Positions 7,745 through 13,652 of a DNA stretch of 15,619 bases are shown in pieces. The position numbers were made by a program, and so were the translations under genes. Numbering within the stretch: position 1 is the first letter of the stretch; each line of letters opens with the position of its first letter. This stretch comes from a virus (taxonomy: Duplodnaviria > Heunggongvirae > Uroviricota > Caudoviricetes), in the IMG/VR virus record IMGVR_UViG_3300035099_000022, positions 1 to 15,619 of that record. One strand, 5' to 3'. The notes beneath the pieces are model-generated. The model ran no database searches, was not told the origin of the DNA, and worked only from the letters and a program-made list of their open reading frames with translations.

Positions 7745-8309
7745 AGGTCTTGGATTTCCGTTTGCGACTCTTCGGGGTCGCATTTTCTATCTTATTGAGC
7801 AACGGGATTACTGAATCGATTTCCCCTGTCAGAACATGTGTGAAGGGAATATGCCATTCGTACAAGCAGGTGACGATGAAGTCATCCATTTCAAGGGCTT
7901 GATTCAGGTCTTCATACCGACCAGCCTGTTCATAGACGACAAACGGCGACCGAGCTACGTAGAAGTTGATCGAGGGATAGCTCCCCTCGAATCGTTTGGC
8001 AATGCGCCAAAGTTCATTTGCGGCTTTTTGCTTGTGTCGCAGGGCATACATGCATTGCAAATAGATTGGGCTGTCGGTCACGATCCATTTCACACCAGCC
8101 TGTAAGAGTCGGTCTTCCAGATGCAATTGGCTGGCAAACGTGTAAACGTAGTCAAATGACTTGATCTCCCGGCTTAAGTAGGCCCAATTCTTGACCCATT
8201 CTTGAACCAACTCGGCTGAATGGCCGTGTTGACGCAACCAACTATAAGTCATAGCGGCCAGTGTGGACTTACCGACACCAGGGCCCCCATAGAAATTTAC
8301 TCGCATCAT
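7743..8309 (-). CDS. P-loop NTPase/kinase, NadR-type (AAA_28-like)
   Basis: Walker A GGPGVGKST near the N-terminus and Walker B-like WIVTDSP. Confidence 0.8.
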   Translation of the reverse strand: MMRVNFYGGPGVGKSTLAAMTYSWLRQHGHSAELVQEWVKNWAYLSREIKSFDYVYTFASQLHLEDRLLQAGVKWIVTDSPIYLQCMYALRHKQKAANELWRIAKRFEGSYPSINFYVARSPFVVYEQAGRYEDLNQALEMDDFIVTCLYEWHIPFTHVLTGEIDSVIPLLNKIENATPKSRKRKSKT

Positions 8310-9028
8310 TCTCCTTTCATCCGCTTGATAGTCTGGTGGTAGTAAGATTCGCAGTTTAAACAGAGCCGACAGTATGCGCCCTCCAGACTGCCGCAGTGCG
8401 AGATGAGTCGATTACCCTTGTATTGGGCCAGCACATAGCGAATGAATGATGCCGTAGGACACCAATAAGAATTGATATGTCGCACGCGCCACTCGTAGCA
8501 CGGGCCGCCCACGGCTGCCAAGACTTCGGCCGGCGGTTTTGGCTCAGCCTCATAGTAGGCCAGGAAGGTCAGAACTACTGGAATCTGCTTTTCAGTGAAC
8601 CATTCGGCAGCCAATTTGACGTTGTTGAGATTGGTACTGGATACCCGTAGTCGAATGAACATGAGGTTATCAGGCACCCCGTTTTGTAGGGCTGGCGGGA
8701 TGCGCACAGGTTGCTCTTCGGCTGGGTTAGCGGTCCAGACGACGGGGCCCGGAAAATCGAAGCGGGGAATTGCTGTGTTGAAGAAGACACGTTTAAACTG
8801 CTTGGCGGTTTCAATCACCAGGTCACGCTGATTGTTGCTATCGTTCCCACAGTTCATGCGAACAATGCCGTTGCCAACTTCCTCGGGTGTCGGGACACTT
8901 GGCACTTCAGTGTAGAAGGCACCTGGTCGATTGAAAAAACATTGATTGCAACCCACGGGGCACAATCCCGCCTGTGGGATGCAATCATACAAGTTGCTGC
9001 CATCTTGTTTCGGATTGCGCTTTGTCAC
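8306..9028 (-). CDS. Radical-SAM-motif protein (CxxxCxxC)
   Basis: CPVGCNQCFF near the N-terminus and an extra Cys cluster CRLCLNC near the C-terminus. ATGA overlaps on both sides. Confidence 0.65.
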   Translation of the reverse strand: MTKRNPKQDGSNLYDCIPQAGLCPVGCNQCFFNRPGAFYTEVPSVPTPEEVGNGIVRMNCGNDSNNQRDLVIETAKQFKRVFFNTAIPRFDFPGPVVWTANPAEEQPVRIPPALQNGVPDNLMFIRLRVSSTNLNNVKLAAEWFTEKQIPVVLTFLAYYEAEPKPPAEVLAAVGGPCYEWRVRHINSYWCPTASFIRYVLAQYKGNRLISHCGSLEGAYCRLCLNCESYYHQTIKRMKGE

Positions 9029-9288
9029 GAGTCATCCTTTTCCAACAAGATATCTTGGGCCTCCTCAAAAAGGTAGTCTTTCGTCAAATTGCCAACAACT
9101 TGGATCAGGAAACCAGCCCAGTAGATGATGCGCGGTCGATCGTCTTTCAATTTGGCGGCTTCCAGCTCATCCAGAGCGTACAAGACACGCTTGCCTTTCT
9201 TCGTGTAGTCGTCGGGGTTGAGATTCAATTCGGCTACAACAAAAGAGTTTTTGTCGTCTGCCAACTGATGCAAGGATTCTTTATTCAT
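9025..9288 (-). CDS. Hypothetical protein (87 aa)
   Basis: MNKESLHQLADDKNSF... The ATG at 9288 follows pentamer array C; the ORF-track start at 9327 lies within the repeat. Confidence 0.7.
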   Translation of the reverse strand: MNKESLHQLADDKNSFVVAELNLNPDDYTKKGKRVLYALDELEAAKLKDDRPRIIYWAGFLIQVVGNLTKDYLFEEAQDILLEKDDS

Positions 9289-9435
9289 GTTGTCGTCTCG
9301 CCCTTGCCTCGCCTTTGCCTCGCCCATTTGCCTCGCCTATTTGCCTTGCCTTGCCTTGCCTTGCCTTGCCACGCCTAGCCCGGCCTCGCCGTGCCCAGCC
9401 GCGCCCAGCTATGCCTGGCCGTGCCACGCCACGTT
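9289..9435 (-). repeat. (GGC-NN)n pentamer array C; candidate VIPR-type guide RNA
   Basis: Starts at the phosphoesterase stop: AAC-GT, then NN = GT AC CA AT TG GC TG AC GA CG TA GT (one AGC variant unit), GGCAA x6 (9341-9370), then degenerate GGCGA/GGCAA units up to the next ATG. Confidence 0.9.
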
Positions 9436-10237
9436 AAATCACCAATGCAGTTGCCTTTTGTGATTTCAACTTCGCCATCACTGGCTCGAAGCGTGTCACC
9501 TCGCCACGGTGGGTCTCGAAGACAATGAATCCAAAATCAACTAACCCCTCACACCTGCGCGATCCGAACCGCGTTCCCATTGCTTGCAGCGCCGGTGTCG
9601 TTAGTTGTAGGCGCGGCTCGATAGTGTCCATCGCAGCGTTGAAATAGTGGACGTGCGAACGAACTAGGACGTTGGCTCGCGGTGCATAGTCCCGGTCAGC
9701 CCAGAGAATATTCCAAAGGGCCGCCTTCTTTAGTCCTGTGCCCCGTGTTGTGGGAACCTGTGAGCCACTGATGAAGTGTTTAAAATCGAACATGACGCCG
9801 CCGATTTCGACCCACTCATGTGCGCCGATTTTCTCAGCCTTTAATTCCTTAGCGATGTCGTTTTCCCACTCTTCCTGGTCGCCTGTGTGGTAGGCCGTGC
9901 CGTAGGTCATCACTAACTTTGGATTGCCCACAAGTGCCTGCCGGATGGCATAGCACGCCATGTCAACTTGTTCTTGGCGGTTGGTGGTAATTTGTTCGCA
10001 CCCACCGGAACGATCGCCGCGACCGTCAATGGCGTCGCCGTTGATGACCACCAAGTCATACGGGCCGTTGGCCACCACATTTTTGATGTACCACTGCCAC
10101 GCCTCTCGCTGGATTAAAGCGAATTTCACCCGCTTCGTGCGGCCGTTTGATTCGGATGAATCAGTCTGCCATGCGGGCGGCGTCAAGCCGACTAAGTGGC
10201 CACAATGTAGGTCCGCCAATACAAGGGTTCGCTTCAT
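9434..10237 (-). CDS. Calcineurin-like metallophosphoesterase
   Basis: LADLHCG, INGDAIDG, FKH and SHVH motifs. GTAYH sits at the usual GNH position. Confidence 0.85.
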   Translation of the reverse strand: MKRTLVLADLHCGHLVGLTPPAWQTDSSESNGRTKRVKFALIQREAWQWYIKNVVANGPYDLVVINGDAIDGRGDRSGGCEQITTNRQEQVDMACYAIRQALVGNPKLVMTYGTAYHTGDQEEWENDIAKELKAEKIGAHEWVEIGGVMFDFKHFISGSQVPTTRGTGLKKAALWNILWADRDYAPRANVLVRSHVHYFNAAMDTIEPRLQLTTPALQAMGTRFGSRRCEGLVDFGFIVFETHRGEVTRFEPVMAKLKSQKATALVI

Positions 10238-10430
10238 TGTTATGTCTTATCTTGTTTTGCCCTTGTCTTGTCTTGTTTTGTCTTGTCTTGTTTTGTCTTG
10301 CCTTGCCTTGCCTTGCCTTGCCTTGCCTTGCCTTGCCTTGCCTTGCCTTGCCTTGCCCCGCCACGCCGTGCCTCGCCAAGCCGGGCCCTGCCTAGCCCAG
10401 CCACGCCGAGCCGCGCTGTGTCGTGTCGCA
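10238..10430 (-). repeat. (GGC-NN)n pentamer array B; candidate VIPR-type guide RNA
   Basis: Begins a few nt after the RAMP-gene stop: GAC-AC GAC-AC AGC-GC, then NN = TC GT TG TA AG CC TT GA AC GT GG, GGCAA x12 (10298-10357), then GACAA/AACAA units up to ATG 10237. Confidence 0.9.
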
Positions 10431-10433
10431 AAA

Positions 10434-11015
10434 TTACGCTTTCTCCCAGCTTGTGACTTGAAATTTTCCGTAGACACCGCGGAATGTTCCTAGTCCAATA
10501 GCTACGCCAGACTTCACAAGGAGATTCTGCACTGTTTCTTCTTTCACCTCGTCATTTTCAAACAAGGTTAACGTGAACCGCAGTTCCCAGGGTAAAGGCA
10601 GTACAGGCCGCACCTTGGGATTCGGAATGCCGTTCCTCAACCGGGCCACGGCCCGATGAATGTAGCAACCTGATTTAGGATCACGTTCTTGAGCATCGAA
10701 ACCACTGAAAACGATGGGTTGGCCCTCACGGAGAAAGGGAATCTCCATCGGGTCGACGCTCACAAAGCTGCAAAGAGCTGCAGCCATTCGTTTGTATTTA
10801 CGGGAGTCGAGGAATCGTTTCGGAGCGCTTGGTGTGTTTTGTGCCGATAACAGAGAAAGGATGTTGGCAGACGGCAGGTAAATTGTGTTGTCGCTCTGCA
10901 GGTAAAGTTTTTGGTCTGGTCTCAGTTCCGTTCGATTGTCGCCTGCATAGCGATCGAACATGATATCGCTGATTCCAGTCAGCGTAATTTTGCGCAAAAT
11001 GTCGGTTGTTTTCAT
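10434..11015 (-). CDS. vipr: Cas7/RAMP-like protein, candidate Vipr effector (193 aa)
   Basis: RAMP-like pattern: N-terminal strand ITLTGISDIMF, IYLPSANILSLL (cf. Cas7 'IPGSSLKG'), RPVLPLPWELRFTL, and C-terminal Gly-rich loop GVAIGLGTFRGVYGKFQV. SD AAGGAG precedes ATG 11015. Flanked by GGC-NN arrays. The symbol is assigned from locus architecture and my recollection of the literature, not from a search. Confidence 0.75.
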   Translation of the reverse strand: MKTTDILRKITLTGISDIMFDRYAGDNRTELRPDQKLYLQSDNTIYLPSANILSLLSAQNTPSAPKRFLDSRKYKRMAAALCSFVSVDPMEIPFLREGQPIVFSGFDAQERDPKSGCYIHRAVARLRNGIPNPKVRPVLPLPWELRFTLTLFENDEVKEETVQNLLVKSGVAIGLGTFRGVYGKFQVTSWEKA

Positions 11016-11100
11016 CTGCAATCTCCTTTAGGTCTTGTACGAAGTCATCTGGGTCAGGGACGGGAATTTCGTCACGTGTCGTGAGACGAAAGATAGAAAC

Positions 11101-11160
11101 GGTGCGTGTCATTTAGGTGCGTGTTATTTAGATACGTGTTATTTAGATGCGTGTCATTTA
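11101..11160. repeat. 15-nt tandem repeat x4 (TAAATRACACGYAYC on the minus strand) between array A and the RAMP gene
   Basis: TAAATGACACGCATC TAAATAACACGTATC TAAATAACACGCACC TAAATGACACGCACC. Confidence 0.9.
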
Positions 11161-11165
11161 GAAGC

Positions 11166-11260
11166 TTGCCTTGCCTTGCCTTGCCCTGCCGCGCCCGGCC
11201 ATGCCCCGCCCAGCCATGCCCCGCCTTGCCCCGCCCAGCCTAGCCCAGCCCAGCCGCGAC
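11166..11260 (-). repeat. (GGC-NN)n pentamer array A; candidate VIPR-type guide RNA
   Basis: GTC-GC, then 18 perfect GGC units with NN = TG TG TA TG GG AA GG AT TG GG AT CG GC AG AA AA AA AA. Confidence 0.9.
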
Positions 11261-11280
11261 GATTTGTTACACTGGTTCGT

Positions 11281-11472
11281 TTATCCTCGTCCTCGGGTCT
11301 TGCGCGGGTGTCCATCTTCGTATTTGTTGTGGCCTTTGGGCGGTTTTATAAGTACGCGATGTACTTTCGTGGCGCCGCACTTCGCACAACGGGTGGGTTG
11401 CTTGGCGTCCATTGCCTGAAACTCTTCACTCTTATTGCCACACACACTGCATTCAAGGTCGTAGAGTGGCAT
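11281..11472 (-). CDS. FmdB-family Zn-ribbon protein (63 aa)
   Basis: MPLYDLECSVCGNKSEEFQAM....RCAKCG....RV. SD AAGGA precedes ATG 11472. Confidence 0.8.
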   Translation of the reverse strand: MPLYDLECSVCGNKSEEFQAMDAKQPTRCAKCGATKVHRVLIKPPKGHNKYEDGHPRKTRGRG

Positions 11473-11698
11473 CAGATAGTCCTTTCGGCGTGGTTTGCGG
11501 ACGTTCAACTACTACCACATTGTAAAGGTTCCTAAGAGTCACACGCCTACCGACAGGGTTGTAGCCAACGATGTTGGCTTCACTCACTTGGCTGACATTT
11601 AATTGCGCCAAGCCCATCATTGAACCGCGCCGCCACGAGTACACAACGAGGTCGCCAGGACGAATGGTGCGACCCAAATAGTCAACAGGAGTGTTCAT
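11453..11698 (-). CDS. Small hypothetical phage protein (beta-rich, possibly SH3/KOW-like)
   Basis: DYLGRTIRPGDLVVY pattern; fits the gene spacing. Confidence 0.65.
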   Translation of the reverse strand: MNTPVDYLGRTIRPGDLVVYSWRRGSMMGLAQLNVSQVSEANIVGYNPVGRRVTLRNLYNVVVVERPQTTPKGLSDATLRP

Positions 11699-11829
11699 AC
11701 GCGCTCTTCGATTGGAAGGGATTGGAAAACAACCGGTGGTTCCTTCTTCTGTTTTGGCAACGGTGTCGCTCTAAATACCACTTCGTAAACGGGGAACCAA
11801 TTTGGCGTCCTATAAAGTTCAGAATGTGA

Positions 11830-12606
11830 CTAAGGATTGACGGTCTCCAAAGCGGCTGTTTGGTGCCTGGCTGATGCCCACAACTTTTCGGACACTGATT
11901 TCAGCCCGTGTTCCTTGGCAATTTCAGCACAGTAGATCGGATTCAGCTCGACTGACACAGTATTGCGGTTGATGCGTTTACACACACGAAGTACCGTGCC
12001 TGTCCCGGAAAACAAATCGAGTACATCGTCCCCCTCGCGGGTGGATAGTTTAATAGCCCGTTCGACCAGGGCCTCGGGATGCTGTGTAGGATGCCAACGT
12101 CGTCGTTCCTTGGCGTTGCCTACAACACGCGGAAATTCAGTCCAAGCATCCAAGGGTACTCGGCCGCCGGCTGCCGCACGTTTGTCGTTATGCAACAACC
12201 GCCATGAGGCCACCTTGATCTGGTTTGGATAAAGTGGGGCATTTTTCTTGCGAAAACGAAGTATTGGTCGGTGTCCGGGGCCGCAGTCAGAGCTGCGGTA
12301 CTGTCCAAAGGTGAACGTCCAAACGAAGGGCTTGATTTTCAGCCACGGCCGTTGGGCACCAAATTGATAAGCCCAATGTTTGACAGCTAAATCCCATTTG
12401 GCGTTGTAACTCAGCCATGTTATGTCGCAGTGTGGGATCGTGGCCTCCACGACTTGGATCAGCCAGTCGATGTAGCCATCAACCGGACGATCTCTATAGC
12501 CGTTGTAATTCAATCCAAGAGCATCGGGTGGGTCTAAAAAAGCACAAGCGAAGTCTGGCAAGGATGGCAGCACTTCAAGGACATCTGCGTTAATCAACTG
12601 GTGCAT
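11830..12606 (-). CDS. Beta-class (N4-C/N6-A) DNA methyltransferase with DPPD motif IV
   Basis: INADVLEVL, FLDPPD, WLSY, HPTQHPEALVERAI, VLDLFSGTGT; motif IV precedes motif I. Confidence 0.85.
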   Translation of the reverse strand: MHQLINADVLEVLPSLPDFACAFLDPPDALGLNYNGYRDRPVDGYIDWLIQVVEATIPHCDITWLSYNAKWDLAVKHWAYQFGAQRPWLKIKPFVWTFTFGQYRSSDCGPGHRPILRFRKKNAPLYPNQIKVASWRLLHNDKRAAAGGRVPLDAWTEFPRVVGNAKERRRWHPTQHPEALVERAIKLSTREGDDVLDLFSGTGTVLRVCKRINRNTVSVELNPIYCAEIAKEHGLKSVSEKLWASARHQTAALETVNP

Positions 12607-12860
12607 GGATCAAGAGCCTCTTCAACGTCCCAGTCCTCGTATTCCCGGCGACGGTGAGCAACAAGTAGCCAGCGGATGGCATAGATATCGCCAGCTCGGG
12701 CCTCGGAAATGTGTTTCTCGTCGTCGTTGTAGTAACCTTGCTCATCTAACTGTTTGAATAACTTGCGCTGGGCGGCTTCTAGCTGCTGTGGTGTGTCAAC
12801 GAGCCAATATTTGTCGCCGTGCTCACCATAATAGACCAGAATTTGTACGCCTTTTTTCAT
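12594..12860 (-). CDS. Hypothetical protein (88 aa)
   Basis: ORF coupled by an ATGA overlap upstream, with protein-like composition. Confidence 0.65.
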   Translation of the reverse strand: MKKGVQILVYYGEHGDKYWLVDTPQQLEAAQRKLFKQLDEQGYYNDDEKHISEARAGDIYAIRWLLVAHRRREYEDWDVEEALDPCTS

Positions 12861-13132
12861 TGCTGCATGGGTTCCGAGTAGTTAAGTTTCCGGCGGCGGG
12901 TTACGACAGTATAGGTGCCGAGCCAACCTCCGAGGATGTAGGCGGCTACGGCGGTAAAGCATTTCTCAACGATCAGGACTGTGGAGACGATGGTACAGAG
13001 GTAAAGGACTGCACTCAAGTTGGCAGCCACCAAAGGCCGACATCGGGTGACTGCATCGACGCAAAGCGTCCACACCAGGTCCATTGCAAAGCCGGCGACA
13101 AACGCGATTCCAAGTACAGCTAGGAATGACAT
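12857..13132 (-). CDS. Hypothetical membrane protein (about 3 TM)
   Basis: Three hydrophobic segments and a basic C-terminal tail. SD GAGGA upstream. Confidence 0.7.
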   Translation of the reverse strand: MSFLAVLGIAFVAGFAMDLVWTLCVDAVTRCRPLVAANLSAVLYLCTIVSTVLIVEKCFTAVAAYILGGWLGTYTVVTRRRKLNYSEPMQQ

Positions 13133-13287
13133 ATCAATCCTCAGTCAGTTCACCCGACATGCTGTGACACTTGAGACATTTCAGGTTGGATAGTTCGCTG
13201 TGGGCTGGAGTTATAGCCCGTTCAGGTGTGGCTGCCCAGGTGTGGCTGCTCAGGTATAGCCGCATACGCGGCAGCACGCAAATCCTG

Positions 13288-13575
13288 CTATCCAGCTTTC
13301 GCGTAGTGTTCCAGAGCGTCGAGCACAAGCCAGCCGAATTGGGCTAGGAAGCTGCCGGCGCAGCCGGCAGCAAATACGATCAGCGGATGCAGGCCGAAGA
13401 GCGCTGCGCCCAATAGGATGCCGCACCAGAAACCCGAGCACTGATAGCAGTCCATCAGTTTGACGAGCCACTTGCAGCGCGGCTTGATCCACTTATGGAT
13501 CGGGGCAAAGATTACACTGTCTACGACGATGTGGGTCATGCCGATGACACCTAAGATGAAAAGTGTGAGTTGCAT
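13288..13575 (-). CDS. Membrane protein, DUF1360-like
   Basis: Hydrophobic, with LMDCYQCSGFWCG resembling the CxxCxxxW motif of DUF1360. SD GAGGA lies in the last repeat unit. Confidence 0.65.
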   Translation of the reverse strand: MQLTLFILGVIGMTHIVVDSVIFAPIHKWIKPRCKWLVKLMDCYQCSGFWCGILLGAALFGLHPLIVFAAGCAGSFLAQFGWLVLDALEHYAKAG

Positions 13576-13652
13576 GGTTATTCCTCTGGGTTATTCCTCT
13601 GAGCTATTCCTTTGGGTATTCCTTTGAGCTATTCCTCTGGGCTATTCCTCTG
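13576..13652. repeat. 13-nt tandem repeat x6 running from a stop codon to the next RBS/ATG
   Basis: Minus-strand units CARAGGAATARCY (one 12-nt unit). The first contains the upstream TAG and the last abuts ATG 13575. Confidence 0.95.

Noticed and set aside
10147-10493. ORFs reading ARQGK.../CLALP... over array B, and similar ones over arrays A and C (11035-11535, 11171-11419, 8974-9378, the 9327 extension)
   Set aside because: A 5-nt repeat without stops is open in several frames on both strands, and none has a credible RBS. The conserved signal is nucleotide phase, not peptide.
10798-11112. 104-aa ORF overlapping the RAMP gene as a full CDS
   Set aside because: About two thirds overlaps the RAMP gene out of frame with non-protein-like sequence. 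Only the short N-terminal part is kept as a possibility in the findings.
9341-11255. Pentamer arrays as simple (GGCAA)n microsatellites
   Set aside because: In the variable cores the GGC is almost invariant while both NN positions change in nearly every unit, with a sharp switch to AA tails. Random decay would hit all five positions.
9289-11260. Canonical CRISPR array or type I/III cas operon
   Set aside because: There are no 25-45-nt direct repeats with unique spacers, and no recognisable cas1, cas2, cas3, cas5, cas6 or cas10 in the window.
13134-13328. 64-aa ORF (or 43 aa from ATG 13265) with CLKC and a 14-nt duplication at 13223-13250
   Set aside because: It could fill the gap, but has no clear RBS or recognisable motif, so support is too weak to call.
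4015-13644. Genome-wide stop-codon reassignment (TGA or TAG recoding)
   Set aside because: The two readthrough-like cases involve different stops. TGA ends many genes in ATGA overlaps, TAG ends others at sensible points, and conserved enzymes are uninterrupted under the standard code.
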